Shown here: positions 23,654 through 35,600 of the stretch, piece by piece
How positions within the stretch are numbered: the first letter of the stretch is position 1
Layout: each line of letters opens with the position of its first letter
Assembly (NCBI RefSeq): GCF_963853765.1
Contig: NC_088856.1
Coordinates: forward strand, 32,550,001 to 32,614,000
Source of the DNA: Magallana gigas
Taxonomy: Eukaryota
Length of the DNA stretch: 64,000 bases
Reading direction: 5' to 3'
The notes under the pieces: generated by a model
What the model saw: the letters and a program-made list of their open reading frames with translations, nothing else
Told to the model about the DNA's origin: nothing
Database searches by the model: none
Made by a program: the position numbers and the translations under genes

Positions 23654-26600
23654 TTTAATTTTCTCAAGAGGGGGGTGGGGGCTGGTGGTTGAAGAGATAA
23701 ATGAAAAAAAAATTGAGATGTGCAAATCAAACATACATTTTATATGCAAAGTCAGACTTAATTGAGAACTTCCACTTTTTAGAAATATTTTTAAAAGAAA
23801 AAAAATGTGCCAAAGTATTTTGCGTACGTTGCATATTTTTTTATTCATTACTGTTTATTCTTATTCAGTATAAAATTTAAAAAATATAAGATAGTGATAA
23901 TAAGATTTGTTTATAAAGAAATCGCGATTTTGGGTAAATTTTCTTTGGTCCAAAGTGGGATATATATACTTGTACTTTCAACTGTTCTTATGACACTACC
24001 GATGAAATTACCTGTAGTTTATTAAGTGGTAGTAAATGAACATAATTATAGATAACTCGATTAAGCTGGTTCGGACAGTTTGAAAATTACAATGACCCTC
24101 GTTAAATTTTACAGTAATTTTCAGGGTACTTTGTCTTAATGAGGGTATGTCTTAATGAGGATTATGTCTTAATGAGGGTATTTCTTAATGAGGGTATGTA
24201 AATAGTCAAACTGATCTGGCGTTTGGTGTAAAACAAAAGAAAATTTTTACCAACAGTGAAAGTCATAAATTGTACCTAATTCAAATAATTTGAATATCAG
24301 TTCAGTTCCTTATTATTTATTTGATCTATATCAAATTAGACTAAATGAAGATAAATTTTTCGAAAACTAGGATTTGCATGCATTATTCCAACATCAGTAA
24401 GATTTAGAATACTAGTTTTCTTCATAATTTGCAATTGTCTCGAGTTAAAATGTACAAACTCATGCACATATTAAGAGGGGTGAGGGACCCCCCCCCCCCC
24501 CCCCCGAAAATTAAAATTTGTTAATTTCGGTGTAAAATTATCACATTTATGCCTCGCAGCCCCCCCCCTCGATAAATACACTTATCCCTCGCTCCCCACC
24601 CCCCACCCCCGGGACAAATTTTCTGGATCGGCGCATGCGTACATAATGTTGGAAATGAAACATTACGACCAAAAAATAGCCATTGTTTTGATATTATTGA
24701 AGTAAGATCACAAAAAAATAAAAAAAATCGCATTCCCCTTTAGAAAAACAGAATAGTGACATTAAAATAGAATCAATTTATATACCAACTCGTTTTTGCT
24801 TGAACCACTTTCATAAGTACATGTATGAAGGCCTACCTTTATTTTAACTAAACATTCTACACATGCCTGCACACGTGTAACGGCACAACATTTGAATAGG
24901 CTTTTGTTTAAGCTTTCTTAACGGTTTGAGCTGACCCTTCTTGTAATTTTTGAGGGCAACGCCCAGTACTAGTAATTATTTTCCTATTTAAATCGACGAT
25001 TTATTTTATATAACGTTACATGTATTTTATACAGACAAACGTCTTTGATTTTGAAACCATGGAAAAAATTTTATTCAGTGTCGATTCAATATGAAAAACA
25101 GAAAATCAATCAATTTTATGGAAAAAAAACCCATTCAATACTTAATTTTGAAACTATCCCTATACACTACAACAAGGGGTTCATAGTTGTCTTGTACCTT
25201 TATGTTGAAGAACTATTTAAGTATTTTTATCTAATAATATTTTCAAAATCCTTTCAAATTAAGCCTAGTTGATTCGACGTAATCCCAAATATGCAGTAAA
25301 GTCAGCCGGGAGAAAAATAGATAAAAACAAAAGCATTGAACTGTACTCTTAATGATAGTAACCCTATTAGCTTATGTACTAGCAATATTAACTCGAAATT
25401 ACAATATTAAATACAACCCATATTTTAAAAAGGCATTAGCGATAGGTGGCAGATCGACTTGTGAGATATTACTAAGGAGAAGAAATGTCCCAAGAAAATT
25501 AACCCTAAACCAATATAAATGTCATCCTCTATTAAACCTCGTGAAAACTGAAATCAATTGACAGAACTTGACAGGAATATATCAATTAAGCCGGGTCTAC
25601 GTGTAAATCATAGGCCAGGAAACAATTTTTGCCACTTATTATTGGAAATTGCGTCCCGAAAGCGTTTCCTAGATGAAATAAAAATTGACATGATTGTTTT
25701 GAAGTAGTTTTGGAATGTCTTGTCATTCAGGGTTTTTTGTATTCAATGACTTTTTGTTGATATTTTCTCAGAGCTTCTTTGCGTCGAGCAAAATTTTTTT
25801 TAGGATAATACAAGACCTCCTTTAATTTTTTTTTTCATTTTACTTATTTTTTGCAGTTTTTCGAAGATCGATGTCATAATTTTTGAAATTGGTTCTTTTA
25901 ATGCATTTGCAAAAGTAGCATTATATATAAAACTACTTACATTCTCTGAATGAGATTGTTAGCAATAATGCTTTTGTCATCTCCCAAAACCATTGTTAAT
26001 TGTCGATTGTTTTCAAAGTACACAGTTCGATTGATTTTCTTTTAAATTAAAACTTTTCTTTAGTATGCGCTATGGACATTCCTCTTTGTGTAAAGTATTT
26101 TAGCTGTCAATGTTTGGTTAAAAAAAACCATTCCAAAATGTTTGGTTGAATTGTTGTAATTGTTTTAAAAAGAACGAAAAGTTTGTGTTACTTCATAAAA
26201 AATGTTGTTCAAATTCAAATATCAAGTTTAAGGAAGGAAAATGGGGCCAACATACTAAATGTATCTATTGAAGTCTTGCATAGGAAACATTCATGGTCTA
26301 AAACTAAACAAAACAGATACCTCCTTGGAAACGTATTGGTTAAACAAACCGAAAAATCTCAGGTTTGAATGTTTATCACAAATGAATAAAATTTTCAATA
26401 TATTAATGCACGTGTGCTTGTCTCTTTAAGTGATATTGGCATATTTTTCTTAGTACAGTTTTTATATCCTGAATAGATATGTCTTTAACTTTTTTTCTTT
26501 TACGATCGGACTTGCTTTAGATGTTGGTTAATATAATAAAATGTAAGGCAATTGGCCCCACTTACTTAATGACTTGAACAAGGGTTGACATAGTTTTACA

Positions 26601-29600
26601 TTTTCCATGGAAAAATGTAAATGGAAAAGTTTATGGGAATTTCTAAGTCTAAGGGTGGCTAGAATCCCTTAAAAGAGATGAAAATGAATTGTCATCAGTT
26701 CTAAAAAGCGACATTTGCTCTCATTTAAATAGCTACTTGTCTGTCATTGGTTAATGATTCATTTTAAAAAGTATGAAAAAAAATCTTGAAGGTCATGGCA
26801 TGATGTCCTATATAAGCATGTTAACCATTCATAGCGACTATTAAGCCAATATTAAGAAACAGATAAAAAGCACGCATGTCTACGATCAATTATACCTTTC
26901 CAGAATAAACATAAAAACAAAACCAGAGACATAATGTCTCTGATGAAACTAACAAAATAAAGACAAAACATTACAGCTCCAACCACCATCTCTTGCTTTG
27001 AACCTCTAAATTATCCCCCCAGGAAACCAGAACGCACCAAACAACGCACCACAGAAAGCACCACACAGCGCACAACATGACGCACCACAGAAAGCACCAC
27101 ATAGCGCACCATACAACGCACCACCAAAACTAACCTCTACTACCAGCAACTACTTGGTTATGGAATAATATGTCTTCCTCTATATAACAAAACAATCTCT
27201 TGTCAAAATGAAAGGACAAAACTTTTGTTTCTATTGAACTTTCAAAAAGACCAGACTCTTCATAGTTACACACTGTCGTTAGCAGCCGACCCTGTTCACG
27301 CGGTACACCCAAAACCCAACACTTCCTTCTTAAGGAAGTGTCTTCTAGATGTGTTTACACATGAACGTTTACATATTCATTATTTCGTTTTCGCAAAAAA
27401 TGTCACTTTTTAAAAAAAAATTGAGATAATTTTTTTTATTGATATTATCCAATTAATATGTTTAGAACATTTAACATGTATACAGTATATCTCAGCTCCA
27501 AAACGCGTTCAGACACAGCAGTTTAATTACATGTCTGATTTTTTTTTCTAACTAGTTATATATGCACAAGAGTGGATAAAATAATTGCCTTTTAGTTCAT
27601 TTCGAATAAAATGCTGAAAATTATGTTAACATAAGTAATAAGGAATAATTCTTTGAATATTATGAGGTGATATTTATATTCGCATTTGATTAACTTTTAG
27701 ACTTTCCTGTAAAGTAAATCTATATATGTTTCTTTGTTGTTCTTGTATATTTACGAATCAATGTTTGCTTTACATTAAAGTATGAGAAGAAAGAACAAAA
27801 GATTCTGCATATTGACTGACGTCACAAAACTTAGCTTTAATAATTGTATTTTAAAATGCTAAAATGCAGTGAACATTCGATATGTTGATGGCTATAAACG
27901 AAGTTTATGTTGCTATAAATGATACTTGTAGAATAAATTTAAAACATTCTTATACAGATGTATTTTATTAATTCAAAATTTGGTCAAACATTCAAAAACA
28001 TTTTTCTAAAATACTTTAAAGTTTTTACGGCGAGAACTTTCAGAAAAGTTTTATGCTTGTGATTCATTTTACGGATTAAAACTATCTTGTGGATAAAAAA
28101 AATAAAATATAAGTTTCAAAATTAGGACTTATCAAGAGTTCGTAAATTAAGGTATCTTATTTTTTTCGGAAAGCCAATGCCTAGCAATGTAAGGATTTTA
28201 GCTAACCTGAGGGATCAAGTGAGCTTATAGGATCAAAATATTTTCAGTTATAGTTGTTGTTGTTGTTGTGTTGTGGCCGACGTACAGTCAGTTTCTCAAT
28301 TGTATATCTCTTCTCTGAAAACACTGGAGAAATTTAACAACGACTCAAAAATCTTTGGGTGAAGATATTTTTGTTAATTGGAGGGCCAGACCCCATAACA
28401 AGGGAAGGTAATTAGGGAAGTAATAAAATTGAACAGATTGATTTTAAAGTCTTATTTGGATATATTTTTTCTTTTACAAATGCTCCATTATATGGTTTAT
28501 TTATAGTTATTTGCAAACTTTAATCTTTGTGATCAGAAAAAAGGCCCCTTGGGGAAGTGGTAAAAATCATCTAAGAAATTCATATGGGAAAATTCTTTAA
28601 AAGCTCTCTGTTAAATAATAAAAGGTAAGGGGATATCAAATTGTGAAATTGAAGGCAGCAAACCAATACGTCAATTCGTAAAATTTAGATTTAGTTTCTT
28701 TGAACTATAACCTTTTGGATTAAATTTAAAGTGTAGTCGCAATGAGGGGTGGGGGGATCAGAAAAAAATCTTATGAAAAAATTGAAGCAATGAATTGTGG
28801 AATTGATGTAGAACCTAACCATTTTTTTCTCAATTTAGCCATACACTTAAGATGAAGGTAGAGACATTGCAAAATACATAATCCGCGTTAGCGGTTTAAG
28901 TATCTTTTCCTGCAATTATCGCTACCTTCATAACACGCATGAATCACCAAAAGATTCATCTTTCTTTTACGTTAAAGAAAATAAATTATTGGTAATGTTA
29001 ATTACATTAAAAAGAAGCATGCGGCCAAATCGTCTCCTATGGGGATTTGAGTCTGACATCATGATTCTTCCGTGATTTTTGTTAGGTTGCTGAAGGTTTC
29101 GACCGATAAACTGGTTTGAACTGGTTCGTGTATATTTCAGTCCTGTCAGTTTCTATACAGCTGTGAATTACAACCAATTTTCGTAAAGAATAGAGGGAAT
29201 CATGCGAGAAACATAAATAACAATAATACAATGTAGTAATGAAAGGAAAAAATAACATTAATATTCAGAAAATATATACGCCTGCTATAAAACTGGCCGA
29301 AATCTCGGACGACGGATAGCCAACTGCCCCCTGAAACTTCTCTTTTAATATTGTTTTTATGACACAAACTCATAAAAATATGATATTTTGAATGTTATGG
29401 AAATAGGATTTAGCTGTTTTTATTTTGATGTATTGGATTTTTATAAAGATATACTGATTTAAACTCGGAACACATTACTATAGGGACCGCGAGATTTCGA
29501 TCAGTTGACAATCTCTGTTATTTATGTCACTGATCGTACTTAGTGTATGTAAATATAATAAGCGCAATCTGAAAGAATTATAAATGAGACATGAGTGAAA

Positions 29601-32600
29601 ACGAATTTTAAATTTAACACATCAATAAATGAATTAATCTTTGTAAAAATATAGGCTTTCATCCGTGCGACTCAGAGAATGGATGCATGATAACTTGAAA
29701 AATTTTCAGGGCTTTTTGAAAAATATTTAAAAATAAAACTCAAAATTGCGACCAAAGACCATACAACTCGATACACAACAAACACATTTAAAATCGATTT
29801 GTACTGCATATTATCTTCGAAAGCTTCCTGACACTTCACCGATGCCTACCTAAAATATCAATATGGCCTCACCGTGATCTGGCGGAATCAATTATTTTTT
29901 CATCAGGAACTGTACACATCGTGGGATTCGATGCAAATCTTACTGGTTCCATCGACCTGCTCAGTTAATGAATCTGACGTCAGGAGCATATCTTTGTGAC
30001 ATATTAATACTCATCAACATTTTTCTGTTCAAGTAAACAAACTTACTTTATTCGTATGACACGTGACAGGGGTTAAAATCGAAAATTTCTACACGTATCT
30101 ATAACAATAGATTGTTATAGATAATTTTGGAAATCTTCGATTTTAAACTTTTAATGTAACACTCGCCCTACTCCTTCCCTTTGAGATCTTCTTGCACACT
30201 AGTTTTTAGAGAGCTCCTGAGTGGTAGGAGCGATCTGCCATTTATACACATTATGTCATAATTTGTCATCAATTCACTTATCCGAACATTTTTAGATTAG
30301 ATCAAGATAAAGAATTCGAATAAAAAAAATTGCATGGGCATTTAGTAGCTTGTATGGATGTGTTTGAACAGAAACACATGACTGTGTATACTACATTTCT
30401 GGTATGATTTTCAACCAAAATATATATTGCAATATATTTTTTTCATGTTATATATTGGTGACTTTTTTTATTATTTCATGATAAAGTGTTGTTTCCAGCT
30501 TTGATTTTCGACATATTTTTCTAATTTTTTCCTTGTATTCACTTCTCATTTTTCATCTCTCATTTTTGCAGTGTATGCAAGAGAGGGGTCATTGATATAA
30601 GCCCTATGGCTTGTTTCCCAATTTCACAATTGTAATTACCGCCATGTTAATGTATTTGAATCTATAATGAATAAATATTGTTCAAACTAAAACATTTGGC
30701 GATGTAGTTGAATTAGCGAAATTTGAATTCCGCAAAAAAAAAAAATGAAAAAAATAAATCACAGCCAAATCTAATGCGTTTACACATTCAGTTATGTTTA
30801 TACATGTTTTAAGTGTTGATTTTTGTTTACCATAGGTGCCAACGAATACATTCAGACAGCCAGGAATGATAGGTAAGTCACATAATCAACGTAAAATCAG
30901 TAGATCTTTCCCTGAATCATATCAGCCTGTCCTGTGAATTTAAGATAATCGCATCATTAACTCGAAATGTGGCATTGGGGTTCATATTTCCTTTCCAAAC
31001 CTATATTATATCCCCAAAATAAATGATTTTTAAAGTTTACGTGAAATTCCACTGAAACATTCAAACTTAATTTTAACTCTCTCCCCCCCCCCCCCCCCAC
31101 AACAAAACACAAAATAAAAACTCATACCCACGTTGGGCAAGGAAGACTTTAATGAAAACAAACAGTTTTCAAAACCACTCGAATGCTGAAACACAAACCA
31201 GACAAGCTAAAATCAAGAACACTTTGAAAGACTCTAAAATAGTAATGTTCGGTGGTGAGCGAAGAACAAAATCATATAAATCGAAACTAGACGCTGCGCG
31301 AGTCTGAATATTCATTTATGCAAATATGTAAATATTAACGAATCTTATTCAGTTCTTGCGTAAGTGCAAACAAAACGTTTTGAATTTCTTGAGTTTCAAA
31401 ATTTTTTTGGGTTCTCGTATTCTAGCATAATTAATGGCGTACATTAAACAATATTAAATAATACGCATGACTTATAGTCTTAAACTACACTGTAAATATG
31501 ATGACTATTCTATTTTGTTTTTGGGTTTTTTTGTGTTGTTGTTTTTTGGGTTTTTTTTGGTTGTTTTTTTTTGTAAATTAAAAAAATAAATAAATTGTAC
31601 TTTGTCTGATATCATAAAACTTTAACTCTGTAAAAATATATAGATCTACATGTATAGTTTAGTCGTTCAAATCTGGCATCCCATTTAAATTAAAGATAAG
31701 TAACCCAATTAAAGTTGACTGTTTATACAGAGTTCTCTTTGTCTATCTCTGTTCTAAATACCCTGCGTTTATTTGTTTCAGAGGCTGTTTACACGGCCAA
31801 AGAACGGTGGATGGAAGCTGTGTGTGTTTGCCATGCTGGAGCGGCCATCAATGTGATGTTCCCAGTACGTGGTTTTATTTTCAAAGTAGAAATCTTTAAA
31901 GATACTCTTGCTATTCCGTGAAGCTATTCAATAAGACAACTATAAACAAACTTCACAGTATGTAAATGAATCTTGACAATCAAAAGACCACATTCAAAGC
32001 AATCTAATTTGAACTATTGGAAAATTTGTTGGTCTTATCATTATGGTTCTATTTTAGGAAATCGACATCCGCCCAAGTTTAGTCAAGATGTGTATTACAC
32101 TTCCGTCACGGATCTCATTAGCAGGGATAACATTCTTGTTCCCGAGGCTTTCGATGAAGACCTGAAGACAGTGTGCAAAGAGGATGCAACATGTCCCTGT
32201 GCCGAAGTCTATTTCTCTATTATGGACGGAAACGAAGATGGTTTGTTCACCATTGATCCCCAATCTGGAGCTCTATCGATCAGCTTTGGAGCCGTGCCAC
32301 AGAAAGATCGATATGAAATCACACTCAAAGCTTCAAATCAATTTAACAGCATCAATCAGCCTGAATCCACAACCCTTGTCATCGTAGATTTTCCTAAATA
32401 CCAAAGCGAGGTCGAGAGCCCACATCACATCGAGAAAAGGGTAAAATTCCAAAAAACCAGAAAGCTAACTTAACAACGCAATAACAAAAGACATTTTTGT
32501 TTATAATCACAGAAAACGAAATTCCGCAGGGAAATTGAAACATAAATAACTCATCAGATTAACGTTAAAGCCAAGATAAGACCATAATTGATAGTTTATC

Positions 32601-35600
32601 CACGTAATTATTACATTTTTAAGTACAACATTCAGATTCTTTGAAGTTTTACCAAACGCACTTATAAATCATCCATGTAGGCAATCTATTAGTGTTTGCA
32701 ATGTTTTGTTTAGGCTCTGTCAAGCGTTGTTGGAAACGTGACGTTTGACCTCAAGAAGAAGTACCCGTATAACGAGACGACAGAGATGAAGGTGGGCAGC
32801 CGCGTCCGGTTCCAGCTGACCATCACGTTCCCGATAGAGGACACAGACATGCTGGTGGAACTCTTCACTCCGGACAACGAAACCACCGTCATGATCTTGT
32901 GTGACGTCAACGTGACGGCCATCGGAAGCAGCCTCATGTACAACGGAAGTAAAGAACCAGTAATGGACTCCCGGGAACCCGACTCAGTAATGGTAAGATA
33001 ATCTTCCTATTTCGAAGTTTTCTTTTTTAAAACATCCCGCAGATGATAATGTCGTATAAATTTTTGGAACGTTAAAGATCAAGTTTAAATACGTAAAGAT
33101 CCTTGTAATTTAAGTACGACAGAGCGATTATCAACTTTGGTGTTGTCCAAAACTCCGGCTGTGTCAATGCGATAGAGTGCAGCATCTATATCGAGTACGA
33201 GGCAATCCTTTTGGAGAATCCTTCCACAAATGCCGGAGAGGTTTACTGGGTCAGTGCTGGAGCTGAGTACAATAATGAGAACGAGGTTTGGGTGGGACAA
33301 GCATCGTTTGTGGCTTTTCCAAATGACACCGTAAGTGTTGGGGATTTTAGAGTGCGCTTTCATCTCATTATTTCCAAAATGAAAACTTCTTTGAATAATG
33401 TACGTATAGAAGTATTTACGATATGGCGCGTTTACCGTCGGAATTTCTCACATTATATGTAAAAACGATTAACGATATTTTTCCAGACTGTTAACGAAAA
33501 CCCGACAGTTAATTTTACCGGACCTAGCACTTTATCCGTGGGATCAGCCGCCGTTTTCCAGGTTGACTTACTTCTGCCTAATCCTTCCTCGCTCCTGACT
33601 TTTGACGCCTTTGCTCCTATCAATACCTCTTCTGTCATGTCCATCTGTAGTGCCAAACTCAAGTACCTCTCAGACAATTTTAGATGTGGTTTTGATGAAA
33701 GAGCAGTGACTACACAATATTACCAGGATCAAACTGGCATTGGAAACTCTATGGGTCATCTTAATCTAGGAACTTTGCTAAATAAAGGTATGAATTCAAG
33801 AAAGTCAGACACATCGATGGTACCATGCATAGCATACAATTTTCAGGAATGTCTTTATCTTTCCTTGACTGTCTCTGTAGGATCACGAGATGTAACAAAC
33901 GTTCAAGAGAACAACCTGGTGTCCGTGGAGTTTGTAGCTCACCTGTACAACGACCCCAGTTTTGTCGGCACTAATTACATGGTTGGGGCCGCGTTCGAGA
34001 TTTCACCGAACCAAATATGGGCAGGACAAATGCAGGTCACTGCTACTTCTGAGGTGGATCCAATAGGCATGGTCAGTTTTTTTATTGTTGTACATTTTTG
34101 TATCCTATAATGTCTTTAAAACAACTGATCGACAATTGAGTATGATTATTGTTTCTGTTTGCTAGTAAGATACTATGATCACTATTTGTATTTTAAAACA
34201 GTCCACCCCGCTTTTGGAGTTCAACCCTCCCAACGGACAGACAGTTGCTATTGGAGACGCCGTGACGCTCCTGCTTGAAGTGCAAATTCCAGATTCTACT
34301 ACTACATCATACAGCCTACTAATTAAGGCACCGTTTTCCACAACTGCTATCTTTAAAGTGTGTTCAGTCGAGATCAAATCCATTGGTGAAAACATGCCTT
34401 GCGTTCACAAAGAGGACAAAAAGACGGTTTACTCCTCACGTGACACCGTGTCGTCGTCTCCTGAGCCTGACATGGCTACCCTCAACCTAGGTGGGATAAC
34501 CAATCTCAATCTGAACAATACTGCCACAGAAGCAGACACAATTTCCTTTGAAATTATCGTTGCGCCATTAAATCACACGGAGGTTGTGGATTTGTCCTCG
34601 CACACCGTGGAAGCCACGTTGTTTTACGCGGGATCGTTAACCGTAGTCCAGTCATCGTCCATTCAAATATCTGGTACTTCTGTGCAGACCACCAGTGTGT
34701 CGGTGAGTCCAAAACCTTAACAACGAACCTTATTCAACAATGTAGCCATGCTTCCTACAAGAGAAAGCATATTTGCTATGTTCGAATTTATTCACTTTCT
34801 GCAAGACTCTTGTTTCTTTTATTTAAGACACAACGTTAATTTTTTTCAGAACACAACCTCCCCGTCTTTTAACATGGTTTACGTGTTTGGAAATGAAAAT
34901 GTAGAGGTCGGTACTGCGACCCGCGCTCAGCTTGAGATCACCACCAACAGAAGTGTGTCCTATCCCATGATGAACATGGAGTTCATCATGCCTCTTGGCA
35001 ACACCTCCACCAAGCTGTCCATCTGTAGAGCCCGGATGTTGTCCGCCGGGAGAAACTTGCCCTGCGTGGCACCGGACTGGATCAACTCCCAGGTCATATA
35101 TCAGTCACAGTAAGTATAGATCACGGTACCGACCGGCTACTAAGATTGACCGTAGATTATGACGATATCAGCAGTTTTCCCCCGACTCTTTCATTGTTAG
35201 ATATTAAGACGAATATCCATGCACTGAGCTGTTCAGGCCGATATCTAATCCATACACAGCTAAAAAGTATATCTTACAATTGATAAATAATACAACCTGG
35301 ACCGGAAAAGAAATGTGCTTGGTTGTTCATTTGGACCTTAGCGGAATAGGCTAATATATCAACATATTCGAATGAGGTGTATATTTCTTTTCAATATAAA
35401 CATAATCTATGCTCTTAAGAAAAACGGGTTTTTAAATGATAGATACAACGAAACAGTCAATGACCAGGCCTTGATGTACCTAAGCACCGTCTGTAACTAC
35501 CAGCGAGTGGACAACGTCACTGATGACATCATTACCATCGTTCTGGATGTGAAGGTGGAGGATAACCCCGAGTTGATAACAGGAGAGAAAGAGTGGATCA

